Below are positions 34,830 to 47,234 of a stretch of 64,000 bases of DNA, piece after piece. This stretch comes from Macrostomum lignano (taxonomy: Eukaryota). Numbering within the stretch: position 1 is the stretch's first letter; each line of letters starts with the position of its first letter. The position numbers were made by a program, and so were the translations under genes. A model generated the notes under the pieces. The model saw only the letters and a program-made list of their open reading frames with translations, did no database searches and was not told the origin of the DNA. The stretch is from assembly GCA_002269645.1 (NCBI GenBank), contig NIVC01000107.1, positions 62,001 through 126,000 on the forward strand, in the 5' to 3' direction.

Positions 34830-37170
34830 CGTGGTTGGGTAGGTTTATCGTGGTTGGGTAGGTTTATCGTGGTTGGGTAGGTTTATCGTGGTTGTGTTGG
34901 TTTATCGTGGTTGGGTAGGTTTATCGTGGTTGTGTTGGTTTATAATGGTTGGGTAGGTTTATCGTGGTTGTGTTGGTTTATAATGGTTGGATAGGTTTAT
35001 CGTGGTTGTGTTGGTTTATAATGGTTGGGTTGGTTTATTATGGTTGTGTTGGTTTATTATGGTTGTGTTGGTTTATCGTGGTTGAGATGGTTTATAATGG
35101 TTGTGTTGGTTTATAATGGTTGTGTTGGTTTATAATGGTTGTGTTGGTTTATTATGGTTGTGTAGGTTCATCGTGGTTGTGTTGGTTTATAATGGTTGGG
35201 TAGGTTTATTATGGTTGGGTAGGTTTATCGTGGTTGTGTTGGTTTATAATGGTTGTGTTGGTTTATTATGGTTGTGTTGGTTTATCGTGGTTGTGTTGGT
35301 TTATTATGGTTGGGTTGGTTTTTTATGGTTGTGTTGGTTTATAATGGTTGTGTTGGTTTATTATGGTTGGGTAGGTTTATCGTGGTTGTGTTGGTTTATT
35401 ATGGTTGTGTTGGTTTATTATGGTTGTGTTGGTTTATAATGGTTGTGTTGGTTTATTATGGTTGTGTTGGTTCATCGTGGTTGTGTTGGTTTATTATGGT
35501 TGGGTAGGTTTATCGTGGTTGAGATGGTTTATTATGGTTGGGTAGGTTTATCGTGGTTGTGTTGGTTTATAATGGTTGTGTTGGTTTATTATGGTTGTGT
35601 TGGTTTATCGTGGTTGTGTTGGTTTATTATGGTTGGGTTGGTTTATTATGGTTGTGTTGGTTTATAATGGTTGTGTTGGTTTATTATGGTTGGGTAGGTT
35701 TATCGTGGTTGTGTTGGTTTATTATGGTTGGGTAGGTTTATCGTGGTTGTGTTGGTTTATTATGGTTGGGTAGGTTTATCGTGGTTGTGTTGGTTTATTA
35801 TGGTTGGGTTGGTTTATTATGGTTGTGTTGGTTTATTATGGTTGTGTTGGTTTATAATGGTTGTGTTGGTTTATTATGGTTGTGTTGGTTTATCGTGGTT
35901 GTGTTGGTTTATTATGGTTGGGTTGGTTTATTATGGTTGTGTTGGTTTATAATGGTTGTGTTGGTTTATTATGGTTGGGTAGGTTTATCGTGGTTGTGTT
36001 GGTTTATTATGGTTGGGTAGGTTTATCGTGGTTGTGTTGGTTTATTATGGTTGGGTAGGTTTATCGTGGTTGTGTTGGTTTATTATGGTTGGGTAGGTTT
36101 ATCGTGGTTGTGTTGGTTTATTATGGTTGGGTTGGTTTATTATGGTTGTGTTGGTTTATAATGGTTGTGTTGGTTTATCGTGGTTGTTTTGGTTTATAAT
36201 GGTTGTGTTGGTTTATAATTGTGGGGTTGGTTTCTCATTGTAGGGTTGGTTTATCATGGTTGTGTTGGTTTATCATTGTGGGGTTGGTTTATCATTGTGG
36301 GGTTGGTTTATCATTGTGGGGTTGGTTTATCATTGTGGGGTTGGTTTATCATGGTTGTGTTGGTTTATCATTGTGGGGTTGGTTTATCATGGTTGTGTTG
36401 GTTTATCATTGTGGGGTTGGTTTATCATTGTGGGGTTGGTTTCTCATTGTAGGGTTGGTTTATCATTGTGGGGTTGGTTTATCATTGTAGGGTTGGTTTA
36501 TCATTGTGGGGTTGGTTTATAATTGTGGGGTTGGTTTCTCATTGTAGGGTTGGTTTATCATGGTTGTGTTGGTTTATCATTGTGGGGTTGGTTTATCATG
36601 GTTGTGTTGGTTTATCATTGTGGGGTTGGTTTATCATTGTGGGGTTGGTTTATCATTGTAGGGTTGGTTTATCATTGTGGGGTTGGTTTATAATTGTGGG
36701 GTTGGTTTATCATTGTAGGGTTGGTTTATCATTGTGGGGTTGGTTTATAATTGTGGGGTTGGTTTATCATTGTGGGGTTGGTTTATCATTGTAGGGTTGG
36801 TTTATCATTGTGGGGTTGGTTTATAATTGTGGGGTTGGTTTCTCATTGTAGGGTTGGTTTATCATTGTGGGGTTGGTTTATAATTGTGGGGTTGGTTTAT
36901 CATTGTGGGGTTGGTTTCTCATTGTAGGGTTGGTTTATCATTGTGGGGTTGGTTTATAATTGTGGGGTTGGTTTCTCATTGTAGGGTTGGTTTATCATGG
37001 TTGTGTTGGTTTATCATTGTGGGGTTGGTTTATCATTGTGGGGTTGGTTTATCATTGTGGGGTTGGTTTATCATTGTGGGGTTGGTTTATCATGGTTGTG
37101 TTGGTTTATCATTGTGGGGTTGGTTTATCATTGTGGGGTTGGTTTATCATTGTGGGGTTGGTTTATTGGT
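34830..37170. repeat. Bipartite 19-bp minisatellite
   Basis: GGTTGTGTTGGTTTATTAT-type units to about 36200, then GGGGTTGGTTTATCATTGT-type units. Confidence 0.97.
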
Positions 37171-37347
37171 TAGTTTATTAACTGTAGGTGGTTCTGTTTA
37201 TCAGTCTGGACCATAGGTATGACCCACCTGTTGTCAATTCGCATTTACTAGTGTGTTCTTTCCAGCTCATTTCGCTGCAGCCCAGCAGTTCAATTCAAAC
37301 AAAGACTAGTTGCAAGCAGGTTCTTCTGATATAAAAAAGCGGCTATC

Positions 37348-37629
37348 ATGGCTGACGAATACGAAGAGTACAACTACGAGGTAGACAGGCTTGGCGGCAA
37401 AGGCGGCAAAGGCCGCAGCAAAAAGGACCAAGCTGAGCACAAAGACTCTGAGTCCGCCGGCCGGCACGATCGCATTGCTGTGCAGAAACTCGAGAACAAT
37501 CGGGAGAACCAGAAGGAAGCAAATCTGCATCCGGGACCGAAGAACAGCAAAGCAACTGGCGGAGCTGGCAAGAAGTCTGGCGATAAAGATTCGGACACTG
37601 CCGAGAAAGTTGATATTGACAGCATCTGA
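37348..37629 (+). CDS. NUPR1: Nuclear protein 1 (p8/NUPR1) family protein, 93 aa
   Basis: DEYEEYNY...GGKGRSKK....H......RHDR.AVQKLENN matches the p8 pattern (GR[ST]K[KR]EA..HT...GH.RK...KL.N). Confidence 0.8.
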   Translation: MADEYEEYNYEVDRLGGKGGKGRSKKDQAEHKDSESAGRHDRIAVQKLENNRENQKEANLHPGPKNSKATGGAGKKSGDKDSDTAEKVDIDSI

Positions 37630-38100
37630 GTCAGTGAGACAGTCTGCGGTCTTTGTGAACTGTTTGCCAACAATTTAATAATATGAAGTAGTTTGCTAAT
37701 TGTTGCTCAAGGACGGTGAAACTTCATTTCTTAGAAAACATTTGAAGGGCTGGTTGGTTGGCTGCAAAGTGGTAATAAATCGATGGACCAATAAAACAGT
37801 TACGATGTACTTTTGGATGTGAAAAATGTCACGCCTAAAGCCAGCCTTTAGTTATGTTTTTCTAAGAAAACACTCTCCCGTCCTACTTGAGTCGTCTTTG
37901 TTCTTGCTTTGCCTCTTTCATTCTGCCTGCGCTGTGGGTGGTCGGGTCCGTATTCATATTATTTATTCACTTTTCTCGGTGGCTTATCAAATCAACTATT
38001 TTTTTCTCTTCAACTTGATTCGCTTCCAACTGTTGATTTCCAAGACAAAAAGTTGATCACTGTAGAATAACAGGAAAAGTCTTTATTTGCGTAGTGAAAT

Positions 38101-38323
38101 TTTCATTTTCATATTGTTTTCTATTTGTTCCATAAGCCCAAGCCAAAGTTGAAATTACTCACAAGTGAAGTTTTTGTTTTTAAATTTTTGAATCAAATTA
38201 AAAAAATTGTTATTTGTAATAATATACTTGATTCAAAAATGAAAAAACAAAAACTTCACTTGTGAGTAATTTCAACTTTGGCTTGGGCTTATGAAATGGA
38301 TAGAAAACAATATGAAAATGAAA
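38101..38323. mobile_element. Foldback palindrome / MITE
   Basis: Arms of about 95 bp (38101-38196 and 38228-38323) are near-perfectly complementary, with a loop of about 30 bp. Confidence 0.8.
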
Positions 38324-38914
38324 CTTACACTTGAAAAATATATACAATACAACTGAATAGCATGTTGTGTATGCAAAATTAAATAAAATTTTGAATCAGA
38401 TCAAATGCAATTCATTGATTTTGTGATGAAAAAAAACTGTTTTCCCATCTCCGCAGTGTATCTTTTCCAGAAAATTGGCCTCCTAAGAACTACTTGATTT
38501 TTTAGTTTTACGTCCTGTAATACTACAGTGGTCCTTGAGTTTTATTTATTGTCTGTGCGAGTTCCTTGCTTTTCTTTTCTCTGATCCTTGGCAATTGGTG
38601 TGGTGAGAATTGTAGCACACAATAATAATATTCATTTTCTGTTTTCTATTGGCGCTCTGCAAAGCTCTCTGAAATCAAATGAGTGCAAAAATTGTGAAAA
38701 AAATGGGCCAAAGTGCTGCTCTACAAATATTGTAGTTAAAATTAACAACCTAAACAGAATAGTACGTATGGGTAAGAGTTATTGGGTGGTTGTTTGTAAG
38801 CTGAAAAAATACCTTAACAGATATATTGTTTCTTCCTGACTTTCAGCTCTTGCTTATATTGAGCTTTTTGACTTTCAGCCGTTTTATTGAGTTCAGTAGC
38901 TTGAAAAGCGTACA

Positions 38915-40340
38915 AACTTTTTAGGAATCGTCCTTGAGAACCGCCCTCCTGCCAAACTTTTTAGGAATCGTCCTTGAGAACCGCCCTCCTCCCAAACTTT
39001 TTAGGAATCATCCTTGAGAACCGCCCTCCTCCCAAACTTTTTTGAAATCGTCCTTGAGAACCGCCCTCCTCCCAAACTTTTTAGGAATCGTCCTTGAGAA
39101 CCGCCCTCCTCCCAAACTTTTTTGAAATCGTCCTTGAGAACCGCCCTCCTGCCAAACTTTTTAGGAATCGTCCTTGAGAACCGCCCTCCTGCCAAACTTT
39201 TTAGGAATCATCCTTGAGAACCGCCCTCCTGCCAAACTTTTTAGGAATCATCCTTGAGAACCGCCCTCCTCCCAAACTTTTTAGGAATCGTCCTTGAGAA
39301 CCGCCCTCCTGCCAAACTTTTTAGAAATCGTCCTTGAGAACCGCCCTCTCGAACTCCTTAGGAATCGTCCTTGAGAACCGCCCTCCTCCCACACTCCTTA
39401 GGAATCGTCCTTGAGAACCGCCCTCCTCCCACACTCCTTAGGAATCGTCCTTGAGAACCGCCCTCCTCCCACACTCCTTAGTAATCGTCCTTGAGAACCG
39501 CCCTCCTCCCAAACTTTTTAGGAATCGTCCTTGAGAACCGCCCTCTCGAACTCCTTAGGAATCGTCCTTGAGAACCGCCCTCCTCCCACACTCCTTAGGA
39601 ATTGTCCTTGAGAACCGCCCTCCTCCCAAACTTTTTAGAAATCGTCCTTGAGAACCGCCCTCTCGAACTCCTTAGGAATCGTCCTTGAGAACCGCCCTCC
39701 TCCCACACTCCTTAGGAATCGTCCTTGAGAACCGCTCTCCTCCCACACTCCTTAGGAATCGTCCTTGAGAACCGCCCTCCTCCCACACTCCTTAGGAAGC
39801 GTCCTTGAGAACCGCCCTCCTCCCACACTCCTTAGGAATCGTCCTTGAGAACCGCCCTCCTCCCAAACTTCTTAGGAATCGTCCTTGAGAACCGCCCTCC
39901 TCCCACACTCCTTAGGAATCGTCCTTGAGAACCGCCCTCCTGCCAAACTTTTTAGGAATCGTCCTTGAGAACCGCCCTCCTGCCAAACTTTTTAGGAATC
40001 GTCCTTGAGAACCGCCCTCCTGCCAAACTTTTTAGGAATCGTCCTTGAGAACCGCCCTCCTGCCAAACTTTTTAGGAATCGTCCTTGAGAACCGCCCTCC
40101 TGCCAAACTTTTTAGGAATCGTCCTTGAGAACCGCCCTCCTGCCAAACTTTTTAGGAATCGTCCTTGAGAACCGCCCTCCTGCCAAACTTTTTAAGAATC
40201 GTCCTTGAGAACCGCCCTCCTGCCAAACTTTTTAGGAATCGTCCTTGAGAACCGCCCTCCTGCCAAACTTTTTAAGAATCGTCCTTGAGAACCGCCCTCC
40301 TGCCAAACTTTTTAGGAATCGTCCTTGAGAACCGCTCTCC
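38915..40340. repeat. 40-bp minisatellite
   Basis: GTCCTTGAGAACCGCCCTCCTGCCAAACTTTTTAGGAATC x about 35. Confidence 0.97.
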
Positions 40341-40521
40341 ACCAAAACTTTTTAGAAATCGTGCTTGACATGAGAGATGAGAACCGCCTCCTAACCAACC
40401 CTATTTGCTTTCTACATGAAATTTCCCATCCTGAAATTTTCCAGCAGATAAGTTTGCTTCAGAAACAAAAGCAGTGAAAGCATCCCAAAAAACACTAGAT
40501 TATTAAAAGCAGCAGCAAGCA

Positions 40522-42450
40522 ATGGCCGGTCACCAATTAACTTATACTACTGACCAACTAATTGGCGGATATCAAACTGCCGTGATTGGCGCCGACGGCA
40601 ATCCTCTGGGTCGGTCATCGGCTGTTCACTATGCTGCTAGCCCCGGCTACCATGGCGGAGCTGTTGAAGGCGCCATGTCGGCTGTGCATCACGTTCAGCA
40701 GCCTATTATTCATCATCATCATCAGCAACAGCAGCAGCAACAGCAGCATTGGAGCACCAGTGGAGGAGGAGGCGGCGGCGGCGGCGCTGGTGGCGGCTCC
40801 CAAGCTGCCAGCATGTTCACCACTCGCCAAGACAAAAGCCTTGGCATACTAACCGAACGATTTGTTCAATTATTAAAAGACGCCCCAGACGGGGTGCTAG
40901 ACTTGAAAGCCGCTGCTGAGTATCTTCGAGTTGGTCAGAAGCGCAGAATCTACGACATCACCAACGTGCTGGAGGGTATCGGCTTGATTGAGAAACGGAG
41001 CAAGAACTGCGTGCAATGGAAGGGAGCCAGTCCGGCCACAAACTCGCCAGAGATTCAGGCTAAGCTCACTCAACTGACCGATGAGATTAACCATTTGAAG
41101 CATCTGGAGAGTAAGATGGACGCTTATAAGCAGCAGATTGAACAGTCGCTAGTGAATGTTACTGAGGACCCGGATAATCAGCCCTATGTCTATTTGACTC
41201 ATCAGGATTTGTGCGCCATTTTTGAGGGCAAGACTTCGCTTGTTATCAAGGCGCCGCATGGGACTAGGCTGGAGGTAGGAGAGACATTGCTTATGCGGGT
41301 CATTTGGCTGTTTGTGTGAGTCATTTGGCTGTTTATAGTACTAATATAGGAGTCTCACAAGGCTGATGGGGTGTAACAAGGCTGATGAGAGGTTTCACCT
41401 GCTTGATAGGGGTGTCACAAGGCTCATAGGGTGTCATAAGGCTGATAGAGATGTCACAAGGCTGATTTGTGTGTCACAAGGCTGATAGGGGTGTCAAGTT
41501 TGATAGGGGTGTCATAAGACTGATAGGGGTGTCACAAGACTGATAGGGGTGTCATAAGACTGATAGGGGTGTCACAAGACTGATAGGGGTGTCACAAGAC
41601 TGATAGGGGTGTCACAAGGCTGATATGGGTGTCACAAGGCTAATATAGGTGTCACAAGGCTGATATGGGTGTCACAAGTCTGATAGGGGTGTCACATGAC
41701 CGATCGGAGTGTCACATGACCGATCGGGGTGTCACATGACCGATCGGGGTGTCACATGACCGATAGGGGTGTCACATGACCGATCGGGGTGTCACAAGTC
41801 TGATAGGGGTGTCACATGACCGATCGGGGTGTCACATGACCGATCGGGGTGTCACATGACCGATCGGGGTGTCACATGACCGATCGGGGTCATATCGGGC
41901 TGATTTAATGATACGATGGAAATCATTTTGTGCTGCTAAAATAGCTAAGAACTGTCTAGAAGCGATAGTTAGGGCTGGTTAACAATCTTACCCCTCCCAA
42001 TTCCTTGGCCAGGTGCCAATACCTGACGAGCACGAGTCCTACTACTCAGACGGCGGTCGTCGGGTGCAATACCAGGTGCACCTGCGTTCGGCCTCTGCGC
42101 CAATCACCGTGCTGGTGATCAACCAGGAGGACGCCGACGCGGCCGAAGGCGGAGATGCGGCCGGAGGCGGAGGTGGCATGCGAGTCGTCCCGGTGTCCGG
42201 CCAAATCGACGAGATCATCGATCAGGAGCGGCAGCAGCAGCAGCAGCATTTGGCTGCCGAGGCCGCTGCCGCCGCCGCCGCTGCAGCCAATTCCGGCGAA
42301 GACGCGGCCGACGATGGACAGCCGGACGGCGTCGGTGCCGACAGCTCGCAGCAGGCGGAGACGGGCGGCAGCGGACCGTCGCGTCGCAACCAGGAATTCC
42401 CGTTTGTGCTGCGAGAAGAAGAAAGTCTGCACACCCTGTTCGATGCTTGA
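40522..42450 (+). CDS. E2F4: E2F4/5-like transcription factor, 2 exons (40522-41274, 42013-42450), 396 aa
   Basis: DNA-binding domain [26 protein letters not shown]...[27 protein letters not shown], coiled coil, marked box IKAP.GT.LEVP spliced at GAG|GTAGGA...ccag|GTG, and C-terminal LFD. Confidence 0.93.
41360..41900. repeat. 20-bp minisatellite in the E2F intron
   Basis: TGATAGGGGTGTCACAAGAC grading into CGATCGGGGTGTCACATGAC. Confidence 0.93.
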
Positions 42451-42619
42451 TTTGCTGATTTGCACTGCCGCTTGCTCATGCTCGGTGTGTATCTATTGTT
42501 AGCATTATTGACCATTATACTGGGGCTGTCTTGCTTTGCACCGCCTTTTTTTCTAACAAAATCGCATTGTTTGAACTGACTTTCCGGTTTTTATTTGTCT
42601 GTTTTTATTGTTTCTCACC

Positions 42620-42900
42620 TCCCTATACTCTTTCCTCTCCTCTCTCCCCTCTCCCCTCCTTTCCCTCCCCTCTCCCCTCCTTTCCCTCCCCTCTCCCCTC
42701 CTTTCCCTCCCCTCTCTCCTCTCTCCCCTCCCCTCTCTCCCCTCCCCTCTCTCTCCTCTCCCCTCTCCCCTCCACTCCCCTCCCTCCTCTCTCCCCTCCC
42801 CTCTCTCCTCTCTCTCCTCCCCTCTCTAACCTCTCTCCTCTCCTTTCTCCCCTCTCCTTTCTTCCCTCTCCTCTCTCTCTCCTCTCCTCTCTCCCATCTT
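42620..42900. repeat. CT-rich low-complexity tract
   Basis: Pyrimidine-only tandem units. Confidence 0.9.
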
Positions 42901-43499
42901 TCAACTACTACGGTATCCTTCCCCCCTTCTGAATCGGCTTGTACTTCTAATTCTCCATTTGTCGCCGATTGTATCCAAAACAACAAATAATAATTATTCT
43001 ATAACAAAAATTTCTTTTATCGTATCATCTGCTTATGTATTATATACTACAATATAATAAACAAAATGAAGTCACTCATTATACTCCTATTATATTTTTA
43101 TACGTAAAATATTCATTAATTCCGTGTCATTTTTGTAGGCTCTGTAATCAACTAGTTTTTGAGTAAAAGCTTATTTAAATGTTATCGAGTAACAAATTAT
43201 GTCTGTTTCGCAGCATTTCTCTGTATTTATTCCATGCAATGATTTCAAAATTAAATTAGTTGCATCTTGCAATTGGCAGCTATGAACCCAGCTAAAATCT
43301 TACTTTGTGTTAAAAGCGCTATCTATGCGTAAATATGTATATTTGCTGTCTGAAATTTAACTTTAATATATATAATCATATTCGCGTAATCTTTGGTGTA
43401 CCAACTTTGCACTGCTTTGAATTAGATATTTGTAAACCGATGCATAAGTGCAAAAGGAATTAGAGATACTCAAGATGTACCACAGATCTATGAGGAATT

Positions 43500-44395
43500 A
43501 GAAGTGGCTAAAAGGAATCAGGGAGATACCCATAGGGAATCAAGGTGCTATGAAGAATCAGTTATGGCTAAGAGGAATCAGGGGTGGCTAAGGGGTATCA
43601 GGGATAGCTAAGGGGTATCAGGGGTGGTTAAGGGGAATCAGGGGTGGCTAAGGGGTATCAGGGATAGCTAAGGGGTATCAGGGATAGCTAAGGGGAATCA
43701 GGGGTGGCTAAGGGGTATCAGGGATAGCTAAGGGGTATCAGGGATAGCTAAGGGGTATCAGGGGTGGCTAAGGGGTATCAGGGGTGGCTAAGGGGAATCA
43801 GGGGTGGTTAAGGGGAATCAGGGATGGTCAATGGGAATCAGGAATGGCTAAGGGAATCAGGGATGGCTAAGGGGAATCAGGGGTGGCTAAGGGGAATCAG
43901 GGGTGGTTAAGGGGAATCAGGGATAGCTAAGGGGTATCAGGGATGGCTAAGGGGAATCAGGGGTGGCTAAGGGGTATCAGGGATAGCTAAGGGGTATCAG
44001 GGATAGCTAAGGGGTATCAGGGATAGCTAAGGGGAATCAGTGATGGCTAAGGGGAATCACGGATGGCTAAGGGGAATCAGTGATGGCTAAGGGGAATCAG
44101 TGATGGCTAAGGGGAATCACGGATGGCTAAGGGGAATCAGGGGTGGCTAAGGGGAATCAGGGGTGGCTAAGGGGAATCAGGGGTGGCTAAGGGGAATCAG
44201 GGGTGGCTAAGGGGAATCAGGGGTGGCTAAGGGGAATCAGGGGTGGCTAAGGGGAATCAGGGGTGGCTAAGGGGAATCAGGGATGGCTAAGGGGAATCAG
44301 GGATGGCTAAGGGGAATCAGTGATGGCTAAGGGGAATCAGGGATGGCTAAGGGGAATCAGTGATGGCTAAGGGGAATCAGGGATGGCTAAGGGGA
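43500..44395. repeat. 20-bp G-rich minisatellite
   Basis: GGGGAATCAGGGGTGGCTAA x about 43. Confidence 0.96.
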
Positions 44396-44452
44396 ATCCC
44401 CAATTCTCGTATGTACAGTGGCGCCAGCATCCCCACTGCAGCTGCGGTCAAG

Positions 44453-45067
44453 ATGGGCTCAGCCCTGTCGAACATCCGGTCTCAGCGCGAAGCCCTCGCC
44501 GACGTTGACGCGGCAAAGATCTCGGCGGACACGGGGCTGTCCCATTCCACTGTCCAACGGCTTCATCGCCGATTTAACCAGCTGTGTCGGCGCGGCAACG
44601 AAACCGGCGCTAGTTCGGCATCACTGTCTAGTATCCATCGCGGCGAGGGTAAACTGCTCAGCCGACGCCAGATGATGTCGGATCCGGAGCTGTCGCTCAA
44701 TCCGCTTGGCGCCAGAATCGTGTGCGCGCTGTATCCGCGCGGCTCCGATGCCATGTCGTTTCCCGAGTTCTGCTCAGCCATAGCCGTGTTCCAGCCGGCG
44801 CACACGCCAGCTCAACGCGAGGCCAAGGTGCAGTTTGTCTACAGGATGTTGGACATTGAAGAGAACGAATTCTTGAGTCTGACTGAGCTCAGCTCGCTGC
44901 TGCACATGCTGGTTGGCAACAATTTGCCATTGGAGCAGATTCAATCCATCGCTAGCAGAGCCCTGTCCGAAGTGGATCAGGTGAAGGATAATCGCATCTC
45001 GTACCAGGAGTTCCGTGCGGCTATGGAGGGTCTGGATATTGAAGAGAAAATGGCTATTCACTTTTGA
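44453..45067 (+). CDS. CHP1: Calcineurin B homologous protein (CHP1-like), single exon, 204 aa
   Basis: N-terminal MGS myristoylation motif. TGLSHS...RL..RF, PEL..NPLG.RI, MLVG.N...EQ..SIA.R...E.D...D..IS..EF, D.EEKM.I.F are collinear with CHP1. Confidence 0.9.
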   Translation: MGSALSNIRSQREALADVDAAKISADTGLSHSTVQRLHRRFNQLCRRGNETGASSASLSSIHRGEGKLLSRRQMMSDPELSLNPLGARIVCALYPRGSDAMSFPEFCSAIAVFQPAHTPAQREAKVQFVYRMLDIEENEFLSLTELSSLLHMLVGNNLPLEQIQSIASRALSEVDQVKDNRISYQEFRAAMEGLDIEEKMAIHF

Positions 45068-45139
45068 GTGCTGCGGTCTGTGTGCTTCATATTTGCAAGT
45101 CTGAATTGGTTATTGAAACACAGCTGTGTGAATGTCTCA

Positions 45140-46020
45140 CAGCCCCAATGTGCACTCACCCAGACCTCGCCACCCCTATGTACACTCATCTAGACCTCAC
45201 CACCCCAATGTACACTCATCCAGACCGCACCACCCCAATGTACACTCATCCAGACCTCACCACCCCAATGTACACTCATACAGACCTCACCACCCCAATG
45301 TACACTCATCCAGACCTCACTAGCCCCACCACCCACCACCCTAATATACACTCATCCAGACCTCACCACCCCAATGTACACTCATCCAGACCTCACTAGC
45401 CCCACCACCCACCACCCCAATATACACTCATCCAGACCTCACCACTCCAATGTACACTCATCTAGACCTCACCACCCCAATGTACACTCATCTAGACCTC
45501 ACCACCCCAATGTACACTCATCCAGACCTCACCACTCCAATGTACACTCATCCAGACCTCACCACTCAAATGTACACTCATCCACACCTCACCACTCCAA
45601 TGTACACTCATCTAGACCTCACCACTCCAATGTACACTCATCTAGACCTCACCACCCCAATGTACACTCATCTAGACCTCACCACCCCAATGTACACTCA
45701 TCCAGACCTCACCACTCCAATGTACACTCATCCAGACCTCACCACTCAAATGTACACTCATCCACACCTCACCACTCCAATGTACACTCATCTAGACCTC
45801 ACCACCCCAATGTACACTCATTCAGACCTCACCACCCCAATGTACACTCATTCAGACCTCACCACCCCAATGTACACTCATCCACACCTCACCACTCCAA
45901 TGTACACTCATCCAGACCTCACCACTCCAATGTACACTCATCCAGACCTTTCATAGTCCAATGTACACTCACCCAGACCTCACCACCCCAACGTAGACCT
46001 CACTAGCCTTACCACCCCAA
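45140..46020. repeat. 30-bp minisatellite
   Basis: AATGTACACTCATCCAGACCTCACCACTCC x about 28. Confidence 0.96.
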
Positions 46021-47234
46021 TGTACTAGTAGAGTCACCAAGACCCATTTATAATCCCCCAGATAAAGTTTTTAAAATGTATACTGTAACTAATAAGCAGC
46101 TGAAATGGCTCATAAAGTTTTATGACTTTCATTGTTTCACGTATCCGCCTGTATTTACTGTCATGACTGAACAAATTTTTTTTTCGTTTACTTTACAATG
46201 TAACTGTGGCCGACTTGATTGCTCAATTTTAGCTTGCAAGACAAGAATCTGTGAATGTTTTACATCTACTTTTTGACGTGCTGGATACCTGTCTGAATTT
46301 GACCAGGCTCTTTTGTTTATATTTTTTTAGTTTCACTTGTTCTACCGCGTACTTGTGCCTCTTATTTATTGTGCTGGTAGGTAGTTCAACATCAGCTGCT
46401 GTACATGACTAATCATTATATACTTTATTGTGTTATAACCAGGCCGACTAGAGGAGCTCTTCTGCTTAACCTAATTTTCATATCAATGACAGAGTGAGTA
46501 GTGTCGGCGTTTGTATTTTTACTCCATTTTTTGTTTTAATCATATACTGTAAATAATTCCGTGACAATAGACAGAGTATGGAGTGCTAAATCTCATTCCA
46601 GTATTTTCTTCTTTTACCAGAAGCATTAGTATGGTGAAGTGAAACGAAGGCGCCGTTAGCAAGAGGATGTGAGAAATCAGCCGACACGCGCGTGATGCGT
46701 GAACAAGCATCCAGCCTTGGCAGCAACTCCCCAGATGCACAAGATCTGCATGCCTAAAAATAGTCCTGATGATCGGCGAGCAAGAAGCCCAGCCATGCGA
46801 CCCTTGCGTGATGCATGCACAACCTCTGACCGACACTGCCTATTGGGCCTCGAAATCCCACTCTCTCTCCCCCTACTGCTCCTATTCCTCGTTGCTCGCG
46901 TACAGTGTGCTAGCTTATAAAATATACTGATTGAAGAGGAAAGATCCTCGCCTGAAGTTTGAGAATGTGACTCTAGAGATCACACAGAGAAAGTTACCAT
47001 CGAGGTCCATTGTTCGTTGTCTTCCTGAACTGTTGGCAGAAGGAAACGATTATAATATGGGAAAAAGCCATATAATTTTTCGTTTCAATGGCTTAATATT
47101 GCTAATCTTTTATTTCAGATTTTTTACAATATATCAATAACACTTTGACTGACTGATATCGTTGATATATCTGCCTTCGTATACATAGCTTTTGTCAATA
47201 AACTGGTTTTAAATTAATCTACTAGCTAACTGGA

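Noticed and set aside
38915-40340. Regular 29-42-bp arrays resembling CRISPR
   Set aside because: Units are head-to-tail with no unique spacers, there are no cas genes, and the context is eukaryotic.
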